Below the pieces are notes generated by a model, which ran no database searches, was not told the origin of the DNA, and saw only the letters and a list, made by a program, of their open reading frames with translations. This document shows, one piece after another, positions 10,178-20,060 of a stretch of DNA of 58,239 nt. The stretch lies in NCBI GenBank assembly GCA_052139855.1, contig JBKQVS010000065.1, positions 1 to 58,239 on the forward strand, written 5' to 3'. A program made the translations under genes and the position numbers. This DNA is from Desulfobaccales bacterium. Its GTDB lineage: Bacteria; Desulfobacterota; Desulfobaccia; Desulfobaccales; 0-14-0-80-60-11. Position 1 is the stretch's first letter. Each line of letters opens with the position of its first letter.

Positions 10178-10777
10178 CTATTTCTTAAAAATGTCCGTCT
10201 TGGTGATATTCATAAACCTCGCGGCCTTGCCCGGCTCTTTGTAGTAGATGCGCACTTCGTCTCCCGCCTCCCAGGTGTTATCCGGCAGGCCCAGGTATTC
10301 CTCGGGCACCGAGAACGTCACCAGCAATTTCTGCCGGCCGGAATACACCGTGATGGCTTTCTTCTCTTTGTCCACCAGCGGGAACTTCTTCCCAGCCACC
10401 AGAGGACTGTCTTTGGCCACATTTTCCTTCTGGTCGATGAGCGTGTAGGTAATTTTCTTCATGCTCTGCGATGCCGGGTCGTAAATGATGATTTCCCGGG
10501 TCTTGGTGTCCAGCTTCATCCGCATGCCGGCCTTCGGATCCTCACCCCGCTCCATGGGGTCCTTGGGCAGCGCAAAGGTAAGGGGCGCGCCGCTGTAGTC
10601 GGGATTGGCGGTGTCGTGCTTGGTATCCACAATAAAGGTAACGGTCTCTTTGACTTTGTCAAAGCCTATAACTCTACCCTGTTCCACCTTGCCTTGTTCG
10701 CCGCAGCCGAAACCACCAAGCACCAAGGCTGCCGCCAGGCTGGCCACGAGAGCCCACCAGTTAAGCTTTTTGCCCAT
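10178..10777 (-). CDS. DUF4881-type lipoprotein
   Basis: Lipobox-like GFGC, GKVEQGRVIGFDK, FMNITKTDIFKK; context next to TauE. Confidence 0.75.
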   Translation of the reverse strand: MGKKLNWWALVASLAAALVLGGFGCGEQGKVEQGRVIGFDKVKETVTFIVDTKHDTANPDYSGAPLTFALPKDPMERGEDPKAGMRMKLDTKTREIIIYDPASQSMKKITYTLIDQKENVAKDSPLVAGKKFPLVDKEKKAITVYSGRQKLLVTFSVPEEYLGLPDNTWEAGDEVRIYYKEPGKAARFMNITKTDIFKK

Positions 10778-10812
10778 CAGCTATCTCCTCTCCAGATAAT
10801 CCATCCCACCTG

Positions 10813-11880
10813 CTAACTCGCCAGCGAGACCCGAGCCTTCTTGGCCGCCACCTCTTCCTTGGCCCCTTGCACCATCCGCACAAAGATATAAAGAGACATG
10901 GCGCTCACCAGGCCCAGGATCAGGACCGTCGCCGCGCCGTCAAAGTACGGTTTGCCCGCCGGCAACACTCTCCAGGCCAGCTTCAGGATAATGGACAGGG
11001 CGCAGCCGATGACGGCCAGGCCGAAGGCGATCCGGATGCCGTAGCCTTTGATGTACTTGGTCGCCACGGTGCCGATCTGGGCCCCCACCGCCGCCCCCAT
11101 CAGCATGATAACCGCAGCCACCAACTCGGTGCGGCCCTTGTAGGTGTAGGTGCCGGTGCCGTACAGGCCGGAGATCATCACCTCAAACAGGTCGGTGCCC
11201 ACCGCCACGTGGGTGGGGCAGCCGATGAAGTAAATCAACGCCGGCATCCGAATCAAACCGCCGCCGATCCCCAGGATGCCAGCCAGCCAGCCGGTGGCGA
11301 AACTGATAAAAATGGGCAGCCACGCGGTGCAGGTGATCTGGGCCTCTTTGAAAGTCACCATCGGGGGAATCTTGATCTTGTGCAGGGTCTTGGCCCAATC
11401 CAGGCCCGTGGACAGCTTATCCACTTCTTTGCCCGCCGCTAACGCCTCCCGGTCTTTCCGTTTTTTCTTGGCCACGTCGGCAAAGACCATCCAGGCGATG
11501 AGGGACAACAGCACCAGGTACAACAGGCGGACATACAGTTCCACCACCCCGAGGCGTTCCAGGTACATAACCATCTGGGCCCCCACTTCGAAGCCCACCA
11601 CCGTGCCCACCAGCATGATGAGGCCCAGCTTATAATCCACGTTGCCGAACTTGCCGTGGCGCATGGTGGAAATCAGCGATTTCCCCGCCATGTGGGCGAT
11701 GTCGGTGCCGATGGCGAAGGCCATGGGAAAGCCCAGGATGTTCAGGCCCGGGGTTACCATCCAGGCGCCGCCCATACCGAAGAAGCCGCCGATAATCCCC
11801 ACGCCTACACCCAAAATGATCAACCCGGGCCAGAATATCTTGATTCCCGCAATGGGCATCAGAACGTATAGCCAATCCAT
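10813..11880 (-). CDS. TauE/SafE (TSUP, DUF81) family permease
   Basis: Duplicated GFFGMGG / GILGIGGG and AIGTD / AVGTD motifs; many TM helices. Confidence 0.9.
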   Translation of the reverse strand: MDWLYVLMPIAGIKIFWPGLIILGVGVGIIGGFFGMGGAWMVTPGLNILGFPMAFAIGTDIAHMAGKSLISTMRHGKFGNVDYKLGLIMLVGTVVGFEVGAQMVMYLERLGVVELYVRLLYLVLLSLIAWMVFADVAKKKRKDREALAAGKEVDKLSTGLDWAKTLHKIKIPPMVTFKEAQITCTAWLPIFISFATGWLAGILGIGGGLIRMPALIYFIGCPTHVAVGTDLFEVMISGLYGTGTYTYKGRTELVAAVIMLMGAAVGAQIGTVATKYIKGYGIRIAFGLAVIGCALSIILKLAWRVLPAGKPYFDGAATVLILGLVSAMSLYIFVRMVQGAKEEVAAKKARVSLAS

Positions 11881-11916
11881 AATATTCTCCTCTTACCCTG
11901 TGGTTCTCGAGAAGCC

Positions 11917-12213
11917 TTAGTGCTCTGCCAGGTCCCGGTGCGCCAGGTCAATGCCGATGGTCCGCATGACCAGGTCCGCCAGGAGACCGAAAATCAGGCC
12001 GATAATGGGAATAAGGACTACCGTCAGGAGAGCGAAATAAAGGTGACTCTCATTATACAGATTGGTCCACCAGGCTTCCCAGCCGGTAAATTTCCGGGTA
12101 TCGGCTACCACTACCAGGGGGGCCGCCTTTGGCCCGGCGGCCAGGACCATCTCAGGCAGCAGCAAGCCGGCCATAATCACCAGCCCCGTGAGTTTTGCCC
12201 ACCATGTACGCAT
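11917..12213 (-). CDS. DVU0150-family small membrane protein
   Basis: Signal peptide, VVVADTR...W..NLYNES, C-terminal TM, GIDL.....EH. Confidence 0.75.
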   Translation of the reverse strand: MRTWWAKLTGLVIMAGLLLPEMVLAAGPKAAPLVVVADTRKFTGWEAWWTNLYNESHLYFALLTVVLIPIIGLIFGLLADLVMRTIGIDLAHRDLAEH

Positions 12214-12240
12214 TGCGCTAGACCTCCTTGAAATGCTTGG

Positions 12241-12654
12241 TTACCTGACCACCGTGACTTCGCAGGGGGCATGCGCCACCACCTTGGCGGCGGTGCTGCC
12301 CATCAATATCCTTTCCAATGCATTCTGGCCGGTGCTGCCGATGACGATGCGATCAAATTTTTCATCTTGAGCCTTGCGGATGATTAAGTTGGCCGGCACC
12401 AGCCCCGCTTCCAGCACCGTCTCCACCGGCAAATTTTTGGCGTCGAACAGGGCCTTCCCCTTTTTCAACGCCGCCCTGGCTTCGTCTTCCAGCTTGTCCT
12501 GGATGTTCGGCGGCATGCCTTCCAGATAATCAGCCCCGTAATAGGCCACCGCCATCAAGGTCACCTGCGCCCCTTGCTTCTCCGCCAGCTCCAAAGCCCG
12601 TTGCACGGCCTTCATGGAATGCTCCGAGCCGTCTGTAGCCACCAGTACTTTCAT
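12241..12654 (-). CDS. Universal stress protein (UspA family)
   Basis: MKVLVATDGSEHS, IVIGSTG...MGSTAAKVVAHAPCEVTVVR; GGAGG RBS before 12654. Confidence 0.92.
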   Translation of the reverse strand: MKVLVATDGSEHSMKAVQRALELAEKQGAQVTLMAVAYYGADYLEGMPPNIQDKLEDEARAALKKGKALFDAKNLPVETVLEAGLVPANLIIRKAQDEKFDRIVIGSTGQNALERILMGSTAAKVVAHAPCEVTVVR

Positions 12655-12811
12655 ACGAGACCTCCTCGGCATAACGTCAGCTGCTTCACGGTTAACGAAA
12701 TATGAGATGTGCTGCGGTAGGATGATAGAATGCTTTCCTGCCTCATGATGCCGTCGTTTCTCCCTGCCTGCGTCAGTAAGCCTGGACAAAAAAATCTTCC
12801 ACTGGATAGTA

Positions 12812-12827
12812 AGCAATGGCCGTGCCA
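12812..12827 (-). promoter_or_regulatory. Sigma-54 -24/-12 promoter
   Basis: Minus strand TGGCACGGCCATTGCT. Confidence 0.88.
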
Positions 12828-12854
12828 GGCAGGGTTTTGCATCCGTGATTGGAC

Positions 12855-12867
12855 TAACATATTGATA
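12855..12867 (-). promoter_or_regulatory. IHF binding site
   Basis: Minus strand TATCAATATGTTA = WATCAANNNNTTR. Confidence 0.65.
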
Positions 12868-12922
12868 AACCAGTATTATCAGATGACAGCCCGATATCCC
12901 GGCTCCCATCTGCACCACTGCT

Positions 12923-12951
12923 CTGTCAGCAATTTTTACAGAGTGTAAAGG
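12923..12951. promoter_or_regulatory. Putative enhancer (UAS), copy 2
   Basis: CTGTCAGCAATTTTTACAGAGTGTAAAGG. Confidence 0.75.
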
Positions 12952-13179
12952 GGGTATCAGGGGAAACCGCGCCGGCGCTCCCTTTTCCCACCACCGCGCC
13001 GCAGTCTCTGACGGGAATTATGCCGTCGGTCTCCCCTGTCCCCCGCCCCCCCTAAATCATGAATCGTTGGGAGGGCGGGCCTCTGAACCGGCGCCATGGG
13101 AGGAGCAGGGCCCAACCTGCCGTGGGCCCGTCGAAGGTTATGGCGCACCGCTGAAACCTGACCGCGGCAAGCTATTTTC

Positions 13180-13195
13180 TGGTATGATTCTTGTT
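13180..13195 (+). promoter_or_regulatory. Possible variant sigma-54 promoter for the divergent dikinase gene
   Basis: TGGTATGATTCTTGTT (GG-N10-GT; imperfect -12). Confidence 0.35.
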
Positions 13196-13266
13196 AGATA
13201 AAAGGCAGGTGCCCATGGGCCTGCGGCCCACCCGTAAAGTATGAATAGTTCAGGCCTCCCCTGGCT

Positions 13267-13296
13267 TTTGACTTTGAACTTTGAACTTTGAACTTT
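13267..13296. repeat. TTTGAAC heptamer tandem repeat
   Basis: tttgactttgaactttgaactttgaacttt; same unit at 55119-55148. Confidence 0.75.
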
Positions 13297-13316
13297 TCGA
13301 AGCAGAGTGACCCGCG

Positions 13317-15968
13317 ATGGAGACCCTCAACTTATTCCGGGATATTTACCGCAGGTTCACAGGCCGCCGGGGCGCACCCTCCCGGGATGACCTGGCCGCA
13401 GCCTTCCGCTTCCGCTATGCCTGCTTCAAGGACCTCCTGGACTCCAACACCCAGCTCTTGGACATCATTGCCGACCTGGAGGAGAAACTGACCGGCCGCC
13501 ACGTCTTCGGCATGTCCTATGTCAGGTCCCAGTCGGCCCGGGCCGCCTTCCACGCCTTCCGCATGATCAAAAGTCTGGATGTCCTCTCCGGCCACCACTA
13601 TCCTGTCCTCTATGGCGTCCTGGATAAGATCAACGGGGCAATCAAAGACCGCCTGGGGGAAAAAAAGGAACTCCCCCTCACCGACCCGGTCCTGCCCCTG
13701 TCCTGCGTCAACCGGGACATGGTGGATTGGGTGGGGGGCAAAAACGCCCACCTGGGCGAGGCCTTAAAAATCGGCCTGCCCATCCCCGCCGGCTTTGCCA
13801 TCACCACCCGGGCTTATACCGACTTTCTGGCCTTTAATGATCTGGTGGATGAGATCAACAAGCGCAAGATGGAGATCGACCCCGCCAACCCCCAGACCGT
13901 CCAGCAGGTGTGCGTTGACATCCAGGCCTTGATCGCCGCCGCCCAGGTGCCCCCGGCCCTGTCCGCGGCCATTGACGCCGCCTTTGCCCGGATGCAGGCT
14001 GAGGCGGGCCAGGCCCCCGTCCGGGTATCCATGCGCTCCAGCGCCATCGGCGAAGACAGCGATCTTTCCTTCGCCGGCCAATACCTCACTATCCTCAATG
14101 TCCCGGGCGATCAGCTGCTGCCGGCCTACAAGAAAATCCTGGCCAGCCTCTACACTCCCCGGGCCGTCTCTTACCGCCTCAACAAGGGCATCCGGGATGA
14201 AGACATCGCCATGAGCGTCGTCTGCCTCCAAATGGTGGCCGCGGTGGCCAGCGGCGTGATGTATTCCCACCATCCCTTCAACTTAAGGGACGACAACCTC
14301 CTCATCAGCGCCGTCTGGGGCTTGGGACCGTATGCGGTGGACGGCGTCATTACCCCGGACACCTTTCGCGTCGCCAAGACCCAGGATTTTTCCATCCTCG
14401 ACCAAAAGGTATCTCGTAAACCCGTCCAGTTGGTAGCCAAACCCGATGCCGGGCTCCACGAAATCCCGGTGCCCCGGGAAATGCAGGATCAACCCTGCCT
14501 CTCCCCGGAGCAGATCAAAATCCTGGCGGCCTATGGCGTCAAGCTGGAAGAGCACGAGCACTGCCCCCAGGATGTGGAATGGGCCCTGGATCAAGACGGC
14601 CGCCTCCTGGTGCTCCAAAGCCGGCCCCTGGTCCTCCAGGCCGCCGCCGGCCAGGAACGCCAAAACATCCCGGCGGTGACCGGTTATCCCGTGCTGGTCC
14701 AGGGCGGCGCCGCCGCCTTCCCCGGCGTCGGGTGCGGCCCGGCCTTTCTGGTCCGCCGGGATGAGGACCTGCTGGATTTTCCCGACGGCGCGGTGCTCGT
14801 GGCCCGGCATTCTTCCCCCAAATACGTCATCGCCATGCCCAAGGCCCAGGCCATCGTCACCGATTCCGGCAGCATCTCCGGCCACATGGCCTCACTAAGC
14901 CGGGAATTTTCTCTGCCCACTCTCCTGGATACCAAGGTAGCCACCCAGGCCATCGCCCCGGGTCAGATCGTCACGGTGGACGCTTACGCCTGCCGCATCT
15001 ATCAGGGCAAGGTCCCCGAATTGCTGGACCAGCAGCCCACCCGGGAACCCCACCTGAAAGACACCCCGGTCTACGAGACCCTGAAACAGGTGGCCGAGTT
15101 CATCCTGCCCCTCCACCTGGTGAACCCCGGGTCCCCGGAATTCACCCCGGAGTTCTGCCGGTCCCTCCACGACCTCAGCCGGCTGGTGCACGAATTTTCC
15201 TACACCGAGATGTTCAAGATCAGCGACCTGGTCTCCGCCCGGGAGGGCTACGCCCTGAAGCTGGAAGCCGCAATTCCCCTGGACCTCTACCTCATCGACC
15301 TGGGCGGCGGCCTGGCCGGGGCCGACCCCCGAGCCCCCAAGGTGACCCCGAGCCAGGTGGCCTCGGTCCCCCTCCAGGCCCTCTTGCGGGGGATGCTGCG
15401 CGAGGACGTCCGGGCCCGGGAACCCCGCCCCGTTCAACTCTCGGGCCTGTTGTCGGTGATGCGGGAACAGCTGCTGGCCGCCCCCAATGTCGAGGACCGC
15501 TTCGGCGAGCGCAGTTACGCCATCATCTCCGACAAGTATCTCAATTTCTCTTCCCGGGTGGGCTATCACTATAGCGTCCTCGACGCTTACTGCGGCGCCA
15601 CCGTCAACAAGAACTACATCACCTTCTCCTTTAAGGGCGGTGCCGCCGACGACGTCCGCCGCAGCCGCCGCGTCCGGGCCATCGCCATCGTCCTTATGGG
15701 TCTGGATTTTTCCGTGGAAGTCAAGGGCGACCGGGTGGACGCCCGCCTGCAAAAATACGACTCCCCGGTCATTCAGGACAAGCTCGACCTCATCGGCCGT
15801 CTGCTCATCTTTACCCGCCAGATGGATATGCTCATGACCAGTGAGATCAGCGTCGAGGCCGTGGCCAATAATTTCCTGGCGGGCAATTACAGCCTGGATG
15901 TGGCAGCCATCGCCCCCCCCGCCGGTGAGACCGCCCCGGGAAATTCGCCTTCGGCTGATTCCGCCTGA
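13317..15968 (+). CDS. PEP-synthase-like dikinase, paralog 2
   Basis: GGKNAHLGE, MRSSAIGED..SFAGQY, PQDVEW, SGHMASLSREFSLP; C-terminal domain homologous to paralog 1. Confidence 0.87.
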   Translation: METLNLFRDIYRRFTGRRGAPSRDDLAAAFRFRYACFKDLLDSNTQLLDIIADLEEKLTGRHVFGMSYVRSQSARAAFHAFRMIKSLDVLSGHHYPVLYGVLDKINGAIKDRLGEKKELPLTDPVLPLSCVNRDMVDWVGGKNAHLGEALKIGLPIPAGFAITTRAYTDFLAFNDLVDEINKRKMEIDPANPQTVQQVCVDIQALIAAAQVPPALSAAIDAAFARMQAEAGQAPVRVSMRSSAIGEDSDLSFAGQYLTILNVPGDQLLPAYKKILASLYTPRAVSYRLNKGIRDEDIAMSVVCLQMVAAVASGVMYSHHPFNLRDDNLLISAVWGLGPYAVDGVITPDTFRVAKTQDFSILDQKVSRKPVQLVAKPDAGLHEIPVPREMQDQPCLSPEQIKILAAYGVKLEEHEHCPQDVEWALDQDGRLLVLQSRPLVLQAAAGQERQNIPAVTGYPVLVQGGAAAFPGVGCGPAFLVRRDEDLLDFPDGAVLVARHSSPKYVIAMPKAQAIVTDSGSISGHMASLSREFSLPTLLDTKVATQAIAPGQIVTVDAYACRIYQGKVPELLDQQPTREPHLKDTPVYETLKQVAEFILPLHLVNPGSPEFTPEFCRSLHDLSRLVHEFSYTEMFKISDLVSAREGYALKLEAAIPLDLYLIDLGGGLAGADPRAPKVTPSQVASVPLQALLRGMLREDVRAREPRPVQLSGLLSVMREQLLAAPNVEDRFGERSYAIISDKYLNFSSRVGYHYSVLDAYCGATVNKNYITFSFKGGAADDVRRSRRVRAIAIVLMGLDFSVEVKGDRVDARLQKYDSPVIQDKLDLIGRLLIFTRQMDMLMTSEISVEAVANNFLAGNYSLDVAAIAPPAGETAPGNSPSADSA

Positions 15969-16116
15969 GAGAGCCGAGAAAACCAACGCGGGAAAAAGTG
16001 CTGCGGGAAATAACTGCGTCACCTCAACTGCGCTTATTCCAGAGAAATCAAGATGTTTCCTGCCACCCGGCAAATCCGGATCGGCTCAAACCAGGCTTCC
16101 AGGACTATCGGGGCAT

Positions 16117-17814
16117 TCACGGCTGAGGTTCGCTCTGTGGCGGGATGAGAGGCAGGCCCCGGGCGGCCAAGGCTTCCGGCTGCAGAATTCGCACCTGTCC
16201 TAATTTTTTAAGATTGCTGATGTCCTCCTCATCCAAACCGGAGGCCCGAAAAACCTTTGTGGGGTTGCGCAGAAAGGGGTCGTTGCGCACCAGGGAGGCG
16301 GAAAGAAAGTTTTTATCGGTATCGATAATTACCAATCGTTCCGGCAGTGATTGGATATATTTGGCCGACACCGCCAGGGGTCTGACGAAACTCTCCACCT
16401 GGTAACAACGCAGGGGCAATTGCAGGCAAACCGCCAGCAGCGTGGTCAACCCCAGGAATCCCAGGGCCTTCTTCTCCCCCAAAGTGTGCCGCATCAAGCT
16501 CCAGCCGGCCACTGCCACCAAAACCAGGTTTCCCAGGACCCCGTAAAAGAAGCGATACCCCCATCCGATGAACTGATCCCAGGGGAAAAAGAAAAAGAAA
16601 CCGAACGTGAGGATGCAACCCCACAGTAACTTTGTGCCCCAGGGGCCTAAAATCTCCCGGTGCCTGATCGCCGCCATGAACAAGATGCAGGTGGCCAGGG
16701 ATTGCCAGGCAAAGAGCAGGGAGAGGTTCATGGGTTGGATAAGCAGTTGGTAGAATCCCGGCAACCGGAAGACCTGCAGATCTTCTCCCCGGACCGTGCT
16801 CGGCCAGGTAAACCTCATCCACGCATACCAGACGAGGCACCCGGCCAGATAAACCAGGGCGAAATATAAGGTTACCCTCCAATTGCGCCGGCGCACCACC
16901 CCCACAAGCCAGGGAATGACGAAAAGCGCGTGGATAAAGGGATTATGAAGTCCCAAGGCGAAAAATCCGATCCAGGGGGTAAGGGCGAGCCCCACGTTAT
17001 CGTCCCTCAAATAACAGGCGAGCCAGGCCAGATTGAGGCAGAGGTGGGCGGGATAGGCGAAAGAAGTCATGGAAGTTATCAGAAACTGCGAAGAAGACCC
17101 TAAGAGCACCACGGCCAGGATGGGCGCGAATCTGTCCTGGGGCCAGATTTTCTGGGCCACCCGGTAGATCAAGATCACGCTCAAGGCTGCCAGGCACGGA
17201 CCGGTAAGGGATGCGCAGCCCAGGCCTAAAAAAATCGTCCGAATCCCCGCATAGACCGGCAGATATCCGCTGGTCCAGGTAAACTCCTTGGGGTCGAAGA
17301 CGATAAAACCGGGCGTTAAGGCCCCGACAAAGTCCCGCCACCGGGAATCCAACCCCGCTTTAACTTTTCCGGCCAGAAAAATTTGGGCCTGAAAGCGGGC
17401 CGCGAATTCGTCATTGCTGGCCGGAAAACCGTGCAGCACCCAATAATCGCCCAGCCAGGCCAACACCAGCACCGCTAAGGCAAGCAGCCATATCCATCTT
17501 GCGCTCAAACGGCTGAGTCTCTCCCCTTCCTCCGCCGCCCAGGATAACGGCGCGGCGGCAGCCACGTACCAACGAAGCAATACAAGTGATATAATCAGTA
17601 AAACAAGGATCACCGGCTCATTTTTTACGTAAAGATACGGAAAGTAGTTGCCATAATATATGCCGGGTACATGTGTTCCCCTCCACTTGATCACGATACT
17701 CAACAATAAACCAACGATAAATATAAATAATACCCCGACGAAGGCAAACGTAATCCCCTTGAGATTAATTCTTAGTTTTGAATAATTCATAAAATTGTTA
17801 TCACTATTCATCAA
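16117..17814 (-). CDS. Polytopic membrane protein, probable GT-C (ArnT/PMT-like) glycosyltransferase
   Basis: About 12-13 TM segments, acidic SNDEFAARFQAQIF motif after an early TM. Confidence 0.6.
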   Translation of the reverse strand: MMNSDNNFMNYSKLRINLKGITFAFVGVLFIFIVGLLLSIVIKWRGTHVPGIYYGNYFPYLYVKNEPVILVLLIISLVLLRWYVAAAAPLSWAAEEGERLSRLSARWIWLLALAVLVLAWLGDYWVLHGFPASNDEFAARFQAQIFLAGKVKAGLDSRWRDFVGALTPGFIVFDPKEFTWTSGYLPVYAGIRTIFLGLGCASLTGPCLAALSVILIYRVAQKIWPQDRFAPILAVVLLGSSSQFLITSMTSFAYPAHLCLNLAWLACYLRDDNVGLALTPWIGFFALGLHNPFIHALFVIPWLVGVVRRRNWRVTLYFALVYLAGCLVWYAWMRFTWPSTVRGEDLQVFRLPGFYQLLIQPMNLSLLFAWQSLATCILFMAAIRHREILGPWGTKLLWGCILTFGFFFFFPWDQFIGWGYRFFYGVLGNLVLVAVAGWSLMRHTLGEKKALGFLGLTTLLAVCLQLPLRCYQVESFVRPLAVSAKYIQSLPERLVIIDTDKNFLSASLVRNDPFLRNPTKVFRASGLDEEDISNLKKLGQVRILQPEALAARGLPLIPPQSEPQP

Positions 17815-18175
17815 CCTTCCTCAATGATACCGCTAAAAAGATTAGTCTCTTCCCATATGGATTATTGCTTTGAAACAGACAACTCATTGATTTGATAAAT
17901 TATTCTTAAGTACTTTATTGCCATGGCTGTGCCACTCCAATGCCGTCCAACTAGTCCTCGGGAGGTAAGGTGGCACAATTCTATGAAAAAATCAATATGA
18001 CTCAAGGCAAATCCCACCCGGCCGGCGCCGTCCCGCCAGGGGAAACCTCGACCATCAACGCTTTTTTGGGGGGGCGGGCCGGGGATGCAGCCCTGTCCTT
18101 GAGAGATCTCCCTCAGGTTGGCAAGGGAAACTCTTTGCCCTGCGGCTTCAGCATTTTTGGTGCATGACTCGTGAG

Positions 18176-18328
18176 CTAATCTTTTCCCCGCATCATGCGC
18201 CATAAAAGCAGACCCATGCAGATCCAGACAACGGGGATGAGGGGATGTTGTTGCGCCTCGGACAGAACCCAGGCCCAGGCAAAATAAAAGCTTAATTCAA
18301 TCTCTCTCCACAGGGAATCAAGATCCAT
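18176..18328 (-). CDS. Small hypothetical membrane protein
   Basis: MDLDSLWREIELSFYFAWAWV... Trp-rich, hydrophobic. Confidence 0.4.
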   Translation of the reverse strand: MDLDSLWREIELSFYFAWAWVLSEAQQHPLIPVVWICMGLLLWRMMRGKD

Positions 18329-18733
18329 GGCAAACCCAACCGGAGATGAGTTTAATCCGAGATTATGCGGTAGCCCTGGCCATTGCGGGTCCAAAATGCC
18401 TTTGGACTTCTCTTCTCGATCTTAATATCGGTAACTTGCCTTTTCAAAGTTAATCGTCTGGGAGGGAATATTCTCGCGGACTCGCTGATTTTGCGCCGTC
18501 CACAACATCGGCCACGCCGCCGGACCTCTCCTGGCCGGGGCCTTGATCGGTCTCTGGGGCGGCCTGGACTACCGGGCCCCTTTTGCCGTCATCGCGGCCC
18601 TGTTAATCATTGCCGCCTTTATCTTTAGGGGTTTCATCATGGGGGGGGCGAGGCAGGGGGTCTGAACGATGCTCCGGGGAAAACGCTGCGCCTTAAGTTT
18701 TTTCTGACTGCCGGCAGGGGGGGCGGGGGGAAC

Positions 18734-19159
18734 TCATTGCGCCGGCGCCGGTGGCGCCGCCCGGCGCTTCCGCTTCTCCCGGTCCACTTTCTTGTCATAC
18801 GCCGCTTCGATCTTGAGCAGCAGCTCTTCCAGGGGGCACGGCTTCATGAGGTAATCGTAGCCTCCCAGCCGGTTGATCTCAAAGGCCGCGTCCATGGAGG
18901 CGTGGCCGCTTAAGATGATCACCTCCACCTCCGGGTTGATTCTCTTGATCTCCTTCAGGGTGGCCAGCCCATCCATCCCCGGCATGCGGATGTCCAGAAC
19001 AATCACGTCGCAGGGGTTAAGCTGCAGATCCTCCAGGGCCTCGGCGCCGCTGCCCGCACCCCGCACCATTAGTCCCTGGGCCCCCAGCATCTTTTCCAGG
19101 TTGGCCCGGAACCGCTCTTCGTCGTCCACCAGCAATATCCGGGGCTTACCCATGGGCAA
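18734..19159 (-). CDS. Stand-alone response regulator receiver
   Basis: ILLVDDEE, VIVLDIRMPGMDG, LSGHA, YLMKP. Confidence 0.92.
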   Translation of the reverse strand: MPMGKPRILLVDDEERFRANLEKMLGAQGLMVRGAGSGAEALEDLQLNPCDVIVLDIRMPGMDGLATLKEIKRINPEVEVIILSGHASMDAAFEINRLGGYDYLMKPCPLEELLLKIEAAYDKKVDREKRKRRAAPPAPAQ

Positions 19160-19910
19160 ACAACTCCGATTCCCGGCTGCGCGGCAGCGTGATGGTGAAC
19201 TCCGTGCCCTGGCCTACGGTGCTTGCCACCCTGATCCGCCCTCCCAGCCGCTGAATGATCCCGTGGCAGATGGACAGTCCCAGCCCCGTGCCCTGACCCG
19301 GCGGCTTGGTAGTGAAAAACGGGTCAAAAATCTTGCTCAGCATCGCTTCCGGGATGCCGCAGCCCGTGTCGCTGATGACCATGTCCACGGCGTCATCATT
19401 GCTCAGCCGCGTCGTGATGGTCACCACCCCGTCTTTGCCGATGGCCTGCGTGGCATTGGTGAGAAAATTGAGGATCACCTGGCGCAACTGGGGCGCATCG
19501 CTGTAAATCACCGGCAAGGCCTCATCGTAATGGCGCACGATGGCGATATTGCTGTGTTTGGCTTCCTTCTCCACCAGCATGGTCATATTTTCTATGATCC
19601 GGTTGACCTCCACCGCCTGAATCACCGGGTCCCGTTTCCGGGCAAAATCCAGTAAATTTCGGGTTATTTCCGTGCAGCGGTCCACCTGCTCCACAATCTG
19701 GTGGGCCGACCCCTTAAGTTCCTCAAGCTCCGTGCCGCCTCCGAGCTTCTTCAGCAAAAGCTGCATCCATTCGGCCTCCTGGCGGATGATGGCCAGGGGG
19801 TTGTTGATTTCATGGGCGATGCCCGCCGAAAGTTCGCCGATGGCGGCCAATTTCTGCGACTGCAGCAGTCGTTCATCCAGCAGCCAATCTTTTTTTCCGG
19901 GCGCATCCAT
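19146..19910 (-). CDS. Cytoplasmic histidine kinase with no input domain
   Basis: [22 protein letters not shown] at the N-terminus, full HATPase boxes. Confidence 0.9.
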   Translation of the reverse strand: MDAPGKKDWLLDERLLQSQKLAAIGELSAGIAHEINNPLAIIRQEAEWMQLLLKKLGGGTELEELKGSAHQIVEQVDRCTEITRNLLDFARKRDPVIQAVEVNRIIENMTMLVEKEAKHSNIAIVRHYDEALPVIYSDAPQLRQVILNFLTNATQAIGKDGVVTITTRLSNDDAVDMVISDTGCGIPEAMLSKIFDPFFTTKPPGQGTGLGLSICHGIIQRLGGRIRVASTVGQGTEFTITLPRSRESELFAHG

Positions 19911-20060
19911 CCCTTTTACCCACCTTCGGCGGCCCGAGCGGCAATGCGAAACCATCTCTCAGGACCGGCGCCCGGGGACCCCCCCGGCGCCTCCGGGAAA
20001 CCGCATCCGCGCCAGGTGTCCATCCGGCTTATCGTGAGACACCTGCCCGGTCGCCTCCCC

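Noticed and set aside
13267-13296. Tandem repeats as a CRISPR array
   Set aside because: 7-bp units without spacers; no cas genes in the window.
2904-15968. Calling the two dikinases ppsA
   Set aside because: The C-terminal PEP/pyruvate-binding barrel motifs are not recognisable.
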